Source: Myxococcota bacterium (GTDB lineage Bacteria; Myxococcota_A; Polyangia; Nannocystales; Nannocystaceae). From it: a stretch of DNA of 64,000 bases. The position numbers and the translations under genes are program-made. The notes beneath the pieces were generated by a model. That model was not told where the DNA came from and searched no databases. It saw nothing but the letters and a program-made list of their open reading frames with translations. Shown in pieces: positions 10,036 to 18,903 of this stretch. The first letter of the stretch is position 1, and each line of letters begins with the position of its first letter. The DNA lies in NCBI GenBank assembly GCA_039028615.1, contig JBCCHT010000027.1, positions 96,001 to 160,000 on the forward strand, given 5' to 3'.

Positions 10036-10965
10036 TCAGCTCTCGTTCTCGAGGCCGGTCTCGAAGATCCGCCGCACGCTGACGTGCAGGCGACTTTGCA
10101 GGTCGCCCATCAGGCTGTCGAGCTCGTTCCCGCTGAGCTTGAGCCGGGCCATCATCAGATCACGGGTGCGCTCGAACAGCTGCCGCCGCGCGCCCTCGAC
10201 CCACCGAAACGCCGTCGCCCGGTGCACGTTGTAGAGCTTCGCCAGGTGGTCGGTGCTCAGGCCGTGGAGGTAGCGTTGACGCAGCAGGTTGCGCTGCCGC
10301 GGCGTCAGCCCCTCGAAGGCTTCCTTCATCGCATCGGGAAGCTGGGCACCGTGGATCCGCCGGATGTAGTCGAGCTCGGGGTCGGGGCCCGCCTGCGGCA
10401 TCGCGTCGAACACGTCGCTGCCCGAGCTCGCTTCGGCCGGGTCTTCACGCTGCCGCGCCAGGTCGAGCACCATGCGGACCGAGGTCACCCGGACCCAGCT
10501 CCGCAGCGCCCCACGACCGTTGTACGCATCGATCCGTGGCTGCTGCTCCGCCGTGCCGACGAATAGTTTTTCGCGCACGCGCTGGCGGAACTCGTCGCGG
10601 CTCGTCACCGCTCGCCCGCCTCGGGTCGCCGCCAGATCGAGATCGCCACCGAAACGCCGATCGAACACGGCCAGCGCCACCGACTGGCCCGCACCACATG
10701 CGCACGCGAGGTACAGATCGTCCACCCGCAGCTGATCGAGCATGTCGTCGGGCTCGAGTTCGGAATCGATTCGCGCCCCGAGGTAGGCCGCGAAACGCTC
10801 GGGCGGAACAGTGAAGCCCTCGGCCGAGTCTTCCGCCGCGGCGACCATGCTCTCGAGTCGCTCGCTCAAGCCGTCGAGGGCCTGGTAGCGCGCGTGCAGC
10901 GTGGGCGAGAGCGCCTCGATGAACGCTGCGCTGACCACGGAAGAGGGACTCACGGCGTCGACCAT
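10036..10965 (-). CDS. Myxobacterial sigma-70/ECF-like transcription factor
   Basis: DLYLACAC, YNGRGALRSWVRV, DPELDY, LTPRQRNLLR, YNVHRATAFRW pattern typical of the Myxococcales sigma-70 family. Confidence 0.8.
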   Translation of the reverse strand: MVDAVSPSSVVSAAFIEALSPTLHARYQALDGLSERLESMVAAAEDSAEGFTVPPERFAAYLGARIDSELEPDDMLDQLRVDDLYLACACGAGQSVALAVFDRRFGGDLDLAATRGGRAVTSRDEFRQRVREKLFVGTAEQQPRIDAYNGRGALRSWVRVTSVRMVLDLARQREDPAEASSGSDVFDAMPQAGPDPELDYIRRIHGAQLPDAMKEAFEGLTPRQRNLLRQRYLHGLSTDHLAKLYNVHRATAFRWVEGARRQLFERTRDLMMARLKLSGNELDSLMGDLQSRLHVSVRRIFETGLENES

Positions 10966-11171
10966 ATCCGCGGGATGCGGTGGGATTGAAGAGCCATCGC
11001 ACCGGCCAGACGGTGACCGCGCCGAGCGTTCGCTACGCATGCGGTCGACTGGCCGATCCTTCAATGAGCCCCAGCAATCCGATAACAGCGTTTCAAACGA
11101 CCAGTGTAGTCCTTAGTGAGTTTAGCTCCGATATGTATGGAAACGTGTCCATGTGCGGTGTCCAATGATCG

Positions 11172-12254
11172 ATGATGGCCCGCCTCTCCGAGAAACCGAT
11201 GGCTCGCGCTCAGGCCCACCTCGCCGCAGGACGGTACGCGGAGGCGGTGGGCGGTTTCCGCGCGACACTGTGGATCGACCCCACGTTGGTGGGGGCCCAC
11301 GTCGGCCTGGCCCATGCGCTGGCGGGCCGAGGTCGACGTGGTGAAGCGGTCACCGGACTCGTGGCGGCGGCGGAGGCTTGTGCGGGGAGCCGGCGTCCGA
11401 CCGACGCGCTGTGCCTGTACGCGACAGCCTTGTCGCTCGAGCCCACGCGAGACGATCTGCACCTCGACATCGCGACGGTCGAGGAATCGATGGGTCGACA
11501 CGACGCGGCGGTCGAGCGCATCGAGGCCCTGGCGGAGCGCTACTTCGACGCGGGGCGCACCGAGGAGGCCATCGAGGTGCTGCGGTTCATGAGCAGCTGG
11601 ACCGCGGCAGAACCGTCGCGACCGATCGCGACGGCCGTGGAAGCTCCGGCCGCCAGCAGCGAAACGGTGATCTGCGCGACGGTCCTGCTGCGCCCGGACG
11701 GAACGCTGATGAAGGCCGCCCCCGCTCCGTCGCCCGAGCCCACCTGCGACGACCCCACGCTTCGGCGACGGCCTCCCGCTCGCCCCATGGCCCGCCGCCC
11801 TGCCCCGCAACCGCGGCGGGCCGCCACTCCGCCGCCCGTGCCCTCGTCCCGCCCGAAGGTCGGCGCGCGCCTGCCCGCCGCGCCGTCGCGGCCGATCTCG
11901 GCATCGCGGAGTGCGAGCGGACCCTTGCGACTGCCTTCCCGGACGCGCGCCGCATCCCGGGTGGCGAGTGGACCTTCGCGCGCAGCAAAGGGGCCGAGCG
12001 CACCGCGACGCGACGTCGGCTCGAGCGCAGTGACGCGCCGCCCCACGGCCCGCGTGGCGACCCCCGCCAAGCCCAGCGCATTGGCCGAGCGCCTCCGCCA
12101 GCGCGCCTCCATGGAACCCGGGGCAAAACGCCGCGCTCGTCCGGTCGAGGCGCGAGTGCGACCCGCGTACCCCGATGCCCAGGCGCCCATCGACGAGGAC
12201 GCGATCACGCTGTGCTTTCGGCGGTCGGATCTGATAAAGACCGCCGCCGTCTGA
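11172..12254 (+). CDS. TPR-containing hypothetical protein with Pro/Arg/Ala-rich C-terminus
   Basis: TPR-like helices (GRYAEAV...DPTLVGAHVGLA; ALSLEPTRDDLHLDIA). Confidence 0.65.
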   Translation: MMARLSEKPMARAQAHLAAGRYAEAVGGFRATLWIDPTLVGAHVGLAHALAGRGRRGEAVTGLVAAAEACAGSRRPTDALCLYATALSLEPTRDDLHLDIATVEESMGRHDAAVERIEALAERYFDAGRTEEAIEVLRFMSSWTAAEPSRPIATAVEAPAASSETVICATVLLRPDGTLMKAAPAPSPEPTCDDPTLRRRPPARPMARRPAPQPRRAATPPPVPSSRPKVGARLPAAPSRPISASRSASGPLRLPSRTRAASRVASGPSRAAKGPSAPRRDVGSSAVTRRPTARVATPAKPSALAERLRQRASMEPGAKRRARPVEARVRPAYPDAQAPIDEDAITLCFRRSDLIKTAAV

Positions 12255-12256
12255 TC

Positions 12257-12850
12257 ATGCCCACTTGGACCTTCGTTCGTCACGGTCAGAGCGTCTCCAA
12301 CGTCGAAGGCTGGCTCGCCGGCCAATACGACAGCCCGCTGACCCGCCACGGGGAAGCGCAGGCCGTGGCCGCGCGAGACTCCTTGCCCCAGCCCGTACCC
12401 CCGCGCGCGTTTTGTTCGGATCTCACCCGAGCGCATCACACAGCGAAGCTCTTGCTGCAGGGACATGCGACGCCGTTGGTCGTGACGCCGAAACTGCGTG
12501 AACGCGGTCTGGGTGCATGGAGACGACGTACCGTGGCCGGACTGCGCGAGCAGGAACTCGACCACCTCAAGTCGTGGCGGGGCCAGCCTCCGGGCGGCGA
12601 GAGCTTGTTCGACGTCGCGCAGCGCGTGGCGGCCTGGGCCACGAGCGTCGACGACTCTTCGCAGCCGACGCTCGTCGTCGCCCACGGCGGGCTGATGAAG
12701 GCGATCTTTGCCGCGCTCGATGGACTGCCGCGCGACCAACTCGATCGGGGTCACCCGGACAACTGCCAGGCGGTGCAGCGCGACATCCCTGTGGGGCGCT
12801 GGGCCGAGGTGCTCGACGAGCTGCGACGCGAAGCGACCCAACCCGCCTAG
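12257..12850 (+). CDS. Histidine phosphatase (phosphoglycerate mutase family)
   Basis: FVRHGQS, SDLTRA, LRERGLG, GGES, VVAHGG, DNC. Confidence 0.9.
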   Translation: MPTWTFVRHGQSVSNVEGWLAGQYDSPLTRHGEAQAVAARDSLPQPVPPRAFCSDLTRAHHTAKLLLQGHATPLVVTPKLRERGLGAWRRRTVAGLREQELDHLKSWRGQPPGGESLFDVAQRVAAWATSVDDSSQPTLVVAHGGLMKAIFAALDGLPRDQLDRGHPDNCQAVQRDIPVGRWAEVLDELRREATQPA

Positions 12851-13007
12851 TGTGATGGGCGCGAGTGCGATGAGTCAGCAATCAGACTCACCACGACCGA
12901 GCGCGACGCTTCACCCTTCGGCGACCGGGTGCGGTACAACCGAAGGGTTATTCGTTCGCGCCGGATCGAGTTCGGCGTGCGCGGCACTTACGAAAGTTGA
13001 TCGAGCC

Positions 13008-14060
13008 ATGGCCCACTCTTTGCGTTGCTTCTGGTCGTTGTGTGCGACCGCGACCTTGTTCACCGCGTGCGGCGACGATGTACCGCCCGAAGTCACCGAG
13101 GTCACCACCCAGTCCACGCCCGACACCAGCGGCTCGACGACGGCAGGGTCCGGCGTCGACCTGCCCGACACCACCAGCGGGGGCATGACGCAAGGCGCCG
13201 AGGGGGACACCACCACCACGAGCGGGCCCTTCGACGACACCACCACCACCGACGTCGACCCCGACTCCAGCACCACCGATGGGCTGGACCCGGACACCGG
13301 CTCGAGCACCGACGAGGGGAGCACCTCGTCGTCGAGCAGCGAGGGCGAGACGGGCTCGGCCTGCGGCAGCATCGACCTCGGCTCGATGGTCCCCCACACC
13401 GAGCCCGGCACCACCGTCGGGGCGGGCGACGACTCCATGGCCAGCTGCGCGATCAAGGGCGGCAACGACGAAGACGTCATCTTCGAGTGGACCGCGCCCG
13501 ACGACGGTACCTACTCGTTCGACACCTTCGGCTCCTCGATCGACACCATCCTCACCCTGCACGAAATCTGCGACGGGCCCGAGCTCGACTGCAACGACGA
13601 CGCCCCCGAGGGCGGCATCCAGTCCTATCTCGAGCGCGAGATGCTGATGGGCGAGACGGTGTACATCATCGTCGACGGCTGGAACGAGGCGGGCGACTTC
13701 CTGCTCAACATCGACGTGATCGGGGGCGGCGCCACCAGCACCAGCACGGGCGGCGGCATGGCGGACCCGGGCTTCGGAGACTGCGCGACCATGGACCCGG
13801 GGGTCGTGTGCCTGCCCGACGAGGTCTGCCTCGTCGACGGCGCCGGACCGGCCGCAACCCTGGGCGTGTGCACGTCGACGAACTGCAACAGCGTGGCGGA
13901 CTGCCCCTCGGCCCCGGCGGGAGGGGACGCCCCCGTCGTCTGCGAGAACATCGACACCGATCCGAGCGAGGACGAGTGTGCGCTCGATTGTTCCGGGGGT
14001 CAGACCTGCCCGACGGGCATGAACTGCTTCGTGAACTTCATCTGCGTGTGGCCGGTCTGA
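13008..14060 (+). CDS. Lipoprotein with Thr/Ser linker, PPC-like domain and Cys-rich C-terminal domain
   Basis: Lipobox FTAC; WTAPDDGTYSFDTFGSSIDTIL...CNDD...YIIVDG; terminal Cys repeats. Confidence 0.75.
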   Translation: MAHSLRCFWSLCATATLFTACGDDVPPEVTEVTTQSTPDTSGSTTAGSGVDLPDTTSGGMTQGAEGDTTTTSGPFDDTTTTDVDPDSSTTDGLDPDTGSSTDEGSTSSSSSEGETGSACGSIDLGSMVPHTEPGTTVGAGDDSMASCAIKGGNDEDVIFEWTAPDDGTYSFDTFGSSIDTILTLHEICDGPELDCNDDAPEGGIQSYLEREMLMGETVYIIVDGWNEAGDFLLNIDVIGGGATSTSTGGGMADPGFGDCATMDPGVVCLPDEVCLVDGAGPAATLGVCTSTNCNSVADCPSAPAGGDAPVVCENIDTDPSEDECALDCSGGQTCPTGMNCFVNFICVWPV

Positions 14061-14076
14061 GCCGGACCCGGGCGTC

Positions 14077-15309
14077 TCAGCCGACGACCTGCTCGAGATA
14101 CTCGAGGTAACGCAGCGCGAGCGCGTCGCGGTCGTAGTGCTCGCGGGCGAACTTCATGCCTGCCTGACCCCGCCGCCGACGCTCTTCGGGATTGGCCTTG
14201 GCCTCGCGGATCGCCGCCGCGAGGGCGGCCGGCTCCTCGGGGGGTACGACCCAGCCCGCGCCCGCGTCGCGCAGCAACGCCTCGGCCTCCCCGGCCACGC
14301 CGAGCACGATGGGCCGCGCGCAGCCCATGATCTCGAACATCTTCGAGGGGATGACCTTCTCGAACAGCTCGGCCCGACGCAGGATCACCGCGACCAGATC
14401 GGAGGCCGCCATGAGCCCCGGGATCGAGTCGCGAGGCTGCTGCCCGAGGAAGCTGACGTTCTTCAGGCCCCGCGCCTTCGCATCGGCCACGAGGCGCTCT
14501 CGCTCCGCCCCCTCGCCCACCAGCAGCACGTGGATCTCCGGGTCGTCTTGCAGCAGCGCCGCCGCATCGACCAGCGTCTGGAGTCGCTGCGCCATGCCGT
14601 GGGTGCCCACGTACGAGACGATGAACTTCTCTTCCAGGCCGAGCGAGCGCCGGGTCTCGCCGTCGCGGGGGCCCGGCTGGAAGCGCCGCAGATCGACCCC
14701 GTTCTTGATGACGCGCATCTTGGCCGGGTCGACGCCCTGCTCCCGCCAGACCTCGCAGAACGAGTCGGTGACGCTGACCAGCATGTCCGCCTGCTGATAG
14801 AGGAACTGCTCGACCTGCTCGAGGCCCAGGACCAAGGGGTGCCGAGCCGACAGCGCGCCCACCTCGACCACCGACTGCGGCCACAGGTCGCGGATCTCGA
14901 GCACGAAGGGCACCCGCAGCACCCGACTGAGGACCCAGCCCGAGACCGCACACAAAAACTGTGGCGAGGTGGCGATGACCACGTCGGCCTTTCGCACCTC
15001 GCGATCGAGGGACCCCAAGAGCATCGAGGACGCGGCGAACGACAGGAACGCCACCGAGCGCCGCGCGACGCCCTTGTTCGGCGTGGCGTAGATGAAGGTG
15101 CGCAGGATGTCGACCGGGCCCCAGCGCTCGTGCTGCCGCACGCGCCCGCGATACTCCGGCGGCACGACCCCCGTGGGGTGGTTGGGAAAACCGGTGAGCA
15201 CCCGGACCTGATGGCCACGCTCGGCCCAGGCCCGTGCGAGCTCCGAGACCCGAGCCGCGGGGGCTCCCATCTCCGGGGGGAAGTACTGCGAGACGTAGAG
15301 GATCTTCAC
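14077..15309 (-). CDS. Glycosyltransferase family 4 (WbuB-like)
   Basis: SQYFPPEMGA, FPNHP, EIRDLWP, NGVD, YVGTHGMAQ, IPSKMFEIMG. Confidence 0.92.
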   Translation of the reverse strand: MKILYVSQYFPPEMGAPAARVSELARAWAERGHQVRVLTGFPNHPTGVVPPEYRGRVRQHERWGPVDILRTFIYATPNKGVARRSVAFLSFAASSMLLGSLDREVRKADVVIATSPQFLCAVSGWVLSRVLRVPFVLEIRDLWPQSVVEVGALSARHPLVLGLEQVEQFLYQQADMLVSVTDSFCEVWREQGVDPAKMRVIKNGVDLRRFQPGPRDGETRRSLGLEEKFIVSYVGTHGMAQRLQTLVDAAALLQDDPEIHVLLVGEGAERERLVADAKARGLKNVSFLGQQPRDSIPGLMAASDLVAVILRRAELFEKVIPSKMFEIMGCARPIVLGVAGEAEALLRDAGAGWVVPPEEPAALAAAIREAKANPEERRRRGQAGMKFAREHYDRDALALRYLEYLEQVVG

Positions 15310-15418
15310 GGGGCGCGAGGCGCCAGATTACCCCCAAAGCGGGCCCCGGGTGGCCGCGCGACGCGATGAGGTCGCGCGACCCCGTGCTCGGGCCAATGCG
15401 CCCTCGGAGGACCGAAGG

Positions 15419-15742
15419 CTAGGCGCTGGCGTGGCGCGATGCCTGCGGCCGTGACAGCTGACGGTTCAGCCGCCGCACCACCCGGTGCGCCGCTTCGTCG
15501 ATGGCATCACGCAGGCTCTCGGCCATGCTGTGGGCCCGTACCTGGCCGCCGCGACTGAGCGTCACGTCGACCTGACAGCGCTTGTCCACGCCCCCGCGCG
15601 GACCATTGACGTCGTCGAACTTGACGTCGATGCGGCGTATTCGGGATGCGAAGCGACCCAAGGCGAAGTCGAGTCGTCGGCGCACCAAGTGTTCGAGTTG
15701 ATCCGAGAGAAAAAGATTGTGACCGCGTACGGCGAGCTCCAT
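15419..15742 (-). CDS. HPF/RaiA family ribosome-associated protein
   Basis: RRRLDFALGRF...DVNGPRGGVDKRC motif. Confidence 0.85.
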   Translation of the reverse strand: MELAVRGHNLFLSDQLEHLVRRRLDFALGRFASRIRRIDVKFDDVNGPRGGVDKRCQVDVTLSRGGQVRAHSMAESLRDAIDEAAHRVVRRLNRQLSRPQASRHASA

Positions 15743-15952
15743 GCACTCTCCTATCGGGATGGGCCCTGTGTGTTGGGAGGCCCATCTTCAGCATGGCTCA
15801 ACCTGCGCCGATGTCTGCCATTCCGGGACGAGAATTTGCTCGAAACGCAAAAAATTATGGCAGGCGTCCCAACCCGCGACACGATGTCATGGAGGGTGGG
15901 GGCGGGCCTGCCACCGTGTCGGAAATTACGGCAATCGTAGGGGGAACAAATC

Positions 15953-15977
15953 GAGCCCCGGGAGGTTCCCGGGGCTC
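15953..15977 (-). terminator. Putative intrinsic terminator after CglF-like gene
   Basis: GAGCCCCGGGA-3nt-TCCCGGGGCTC 11-bp hairpin followed on minus strand by GATTTGTT. Confidence 0.65.
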
Positions 15978-15992
15978 CGCTCCTGGTTCCCG

Positions 15993-16268
15993 CTACACGT
16001 CGCGCGCGAGCGTGATCAGCTCGGGGAGGAAGTGTCCCCGCAGGCTGATCAAGCTGACGTGACGCGGCGGCTGCCTCCAGGGGATCAGATCGCCGTCGGG
16101 GGTGAGGTGCTCGCCGGTCAGCTCCTCGTCGGCGAACTCGTACACGGAGGTCTCCCCCTCGGTACCGACCCGGGCCGCCGCATCGGCGTCCTCGTTGTTG
16201 TCGGCGGGGGCTTCGGCGGGGGGAGCCACCATGAAGGTGGCGGACAGCAGCAAGGATAGGGTGCTCAT
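15993..16268 (-). CDS. CglF/GltF-like small exported gliding-motility protein
   Basis: Signal peptide then YEFADEELTGEHLTPDGDLI...RHVSLISLRGHFLPEL, matching the CglF pattern F-x-D-x3-G-x4-PDG...H-x2-LI-x2-R-x2-F (recalled). Confidence 0.7.
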   Translation of the reverse strand: MSTLSLLLSATFMVAPPAEAPADNNEDADAAARVGTEGETSVYEFADEELTGEHLTPDGDLIPWRQPPRHVSLISLRGHFLPELITLARDV

Positions 16269-16431
16269 CGGTTCGTGCCTCTCGTGGGTTCGGGTGCCAG
16301 GGGCGGAGGGCGAGACCGGCAAGCCTCCTGCTCACCGTGTCGCCCGCCGCTTCACCTTGGTCCTTGGCCAGCTCCCCGAGTTTCCGTGAACTGATGACGA
16401 ACTTTTTCAGCACGCGCCGATTTTGGCCTAG

Positions 16432-17559
16432 CTAGATCAAGATGCCTGCGTCCGTCACCACGGGACCCGCCACCGCACACAGCTCCATGGGCTTGAGCAC
16501 CGCGAACACCCGGGACGTGCTGCGGCCCGGAATGGTGTCGTCGGGGTCGGCTGTCGTCGCGGGACCGAGGTGACCGGCCGCGTCCTCCTGAGCGTAGAGC
16601 CGCTGCTCGGCGTGATCGATGTCGACGAGGCCCTCGGCGGTCAGCGGATAACGACGGCGTCGGACGCTCTGCGCAACGTTCCCGCCAATGGCCACTGCGC
16701 CCCCCGAGTCGACCTCGACGACGATGTCGCCATGGGTGCAACCAGGTCGCCCCCGGAGCCCAGCCAACCCGCGAACGCTGGCGGGAGTGAGCCCCGCCTC
16801 GTAGCAATCGGCACTCGGCCTGATTCGTTGTCGTCGATCCTGGATGATGATGTCCCCGACCTCCACCGTTGCGGTCTCCGGCGGAAACGCGTGATAGGTG
16901 CCGCGAATGCCTGCCAGGGTTCGAGCATACGCGACCTGACCGTAGTGGCCGTGGGACGCAGCCAAGGCGAGCACGGAGCCCGTGTTGAGCGTTCTCGTGC
17001 CGTCGAACCACTCGATACCGAGGTCGAGCGCAGCCCTGCGCACGCAGTAGGTCACGAACACGGCGCTCCACGGGAAGCTGCCGCTCGCGGCCGTCTTCGC
17101 CTGGTTGATCGACTGTGCGATCCTCGAGCGTACGCGTGATTCACCACCGACCGTGCGATGGATGGCGGTGGCCACGGTCGAGGCGTTGCTGGTTCGTCGA
17201 AGTCCGGAGTACGCGAGCAGCTCGCGTCGGACATCCAGGAACCGCTGGGGCGTCATTGCGTCGCCGCGAAACAGATAGCTGAGGCTGTATACGCACAGGT
17301 ACTTGAAGGCCGCCGCTTGGCCTTCGCTGTGCGCCCCCTCGATCTCCCCGAGTCCTCCGAACTCGAACCAACGGTTGTTCTCCTCCTGCGCACGCTGTTG
17401 GATCTGGTCGACCAGCTCCGCCTTGCTCACCGGTTCGTCCCCCGCGCCCCAGAACCCACAACGCATGGCCGGGGGATCGTCCAGGTTGGCGAGAAGATCG
17501 GCTCTCGCCGACGACGGCGCCGGCCCTCCTGCCGTGCTGACCTTCTCTCCGATCTGCAT
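16432..17559 (-). CDS. DUF2272-like (CHAP/NlpC-P60-related) protein
   Basis: PWSAVFV, GDIII, HGDIVV, IGGNVAQSV motifs. Confidence 0.7.
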   Translation of the reverse strand: MQIGEKVSTAGGPAPSSARADLLANLDDPPAMRCGFWGAGDEPVSKAELVDQIQQRAQEENNRWFEFGGLGEIEGAHSEGQAAAFKYLCVYSLSYLFRGDAMTPQRFLDVRRELLAYSGLRRTSNASTVATAIHRTVGGESRVRSRIAQSINQAKTAASGSFPWSAVFVTYCVRRAALDLGIEWFDGTRTLNTGSVLALAASHGHYGQVAYARTLAGIRGTYHAFPPETATVEVGDIIIQDRRQRIRPSADCYEAGLTPASVRGLAGLRGRPGCTHGDIVVEVDSGGAVAIGGNVAQSVRRRRYPLTAEGLVDIDHAEQRLYAQEDAAGHLGPATTADPDDTIPGRSTSRVFAVLKPMELCAVAGPVVTDAGILI

Positions 17560-17683
17560 GGGAAGCCGGATGATAGACAACCATGCGAGGCACGGAAGTG
17601 CAGAGGGGTCGCGCGACGAGCCGTCGACGCAATCCCAAAGGGCCTGCACGCTCGATAGCGCCCGCGCCCTCCTCGGATCGGCT

Positions 17684-18730
17684 CTAGGTGCGCGAGACGA
17701 GGGCGAGGAAGTCTTCGATGAAGTTGGTGCGGGGCGTGACCAGCTCGGGGTGTCGAACCCGGGGCTGCACTTGAATGCGGCTGACCCACGGCGCGGCCAA
17801 GGGTGGCGAGACGACCTCGAACACTTCGGCTTCGGGCTCGGCCGCGACCTCGACGGCCGGCGGGGTCGCGACGGCTGTCGACCGAGCATGCCCCCGCCTG
17901 CGAATGGGCTCGGCGGTGACGAACTCGACTTCGATGTCGTCGTCGAGCTCGGGCTCGGGGGCCAGCGCAGGCGCGGGGCGACGAGCCCGGGTTCGCTTCA
18001 CGGCGGGAATGACCTGGGTCTCGAGCTGGGGCACCGCGGCGACGGCCACCGTCTCGGCGGGGGGCGTGACCGGCTCGGGCGGGGGCGAGACGACCGGGTG
18101 CACCACGAGCAAGGCCGCGACCGCACTGACCACGAGCGCGGGCTTGCCGAGCCCCATGGACCACGGCAGCCACGCGGCGAACAGGGGTCGCGCCGAAGGA
18201 GTGCGGTGCCGCTCCATGGCCACGGAGAAGTGACGGCGTGCCGCCCGAAGCCGTGCGTAGACGGTGTTGATGTTGACGTCGAGCTTGGCCGCGATCTCGG
18301 CCCCGGTGTGGCCCTCGACGTCGGCGAGCATGAACACCGCACACTTGTCGGCGTCGAGCGAGCCGAGGAACTCGTCGAGGATGACCCCGGCCTGGTGCCG
18401 GGCGAGGCCACGGTCGGCCGGAGTGTCGAGCTCGGGGCTCGGCAGCTCGGCGTGCAGACGACGACGGCGACGCTCGCCGCGGCGGTAGCCGGAGGCCACC
18501 CCTCGCGCGATGCCCCAGACCCAGTTGGTGAGGCTGCGGCCGTGCTCGTAGTCGTCGATGCGGCGATGGAGCACCACGAAGACGTCCTGCACCGCGTCGT
18601 CGAGGTTGGAGGCGGGCACGCCCAACTGGCGCAAGGCTCCGCGCACCATGGGTGCGTGCTGGTGGTACAGCGAGTCGAACGCGAGTCGGAGGTCGATCCG
18701 TGGTGCGGTTTTGGGCGAGCCGTCCGCCAT
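17684..18730 (-). CDS. ECF sigma factor with C-terminal TM helix and extension
   Basis: LDDAVQDVFVVLHRR, WVWGIARGV, EIAAKLDVNINTVYARLRAAR; hydrophobic ALVVSAVAALLVV; Pro-rich linker. Confidence 0.85.
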   Translation of the reverse strand: MADGSPKTAPRIDLRLAFDSLYHQHAPMVRGALRQLGVPASNLDDAVQDVFVVLHRRIDDYEHGRSLTNWVWGIARGVASGYRRGERRRRRLHAELPSPELDTPADRGLARHQAGVILDEFLGSLDADKCAVFMLADVEGHTGAEIAAKLDVNINTVYARLRAARRHFSVAMERHRTPSARPLFAAWLPWSMGLGKPALVVSAVAALLVVHPVVSPPPEPVTPPAETVAVAAVPQLETQVIPAVKRTRARRPAPALAPEPELDDDIEVEFVTAEPIRRRGHARSTAVATPPAVEVAAEPEAEVFEVVSPPLAAPWVSRIQVQPRVRHPELVTPRTNFIEDFLALVSRT

Positions 18731-18903
18731 CGAAGGGGTCCTTGGCCGGATACCAGCCAAATTGTGAACGCGTCGGGACAGAAATCGAGTCCAAGTTGCT
18801 CGGGCGCCGCGTACATCGTTCCACGGGCGCCGCTGGCGTCGGTTCCCACGCGTTCCCCGCGGCGGACCTAGAGCCTGTATCGTGCGCGCCACCTCGATTC
18901 GCC

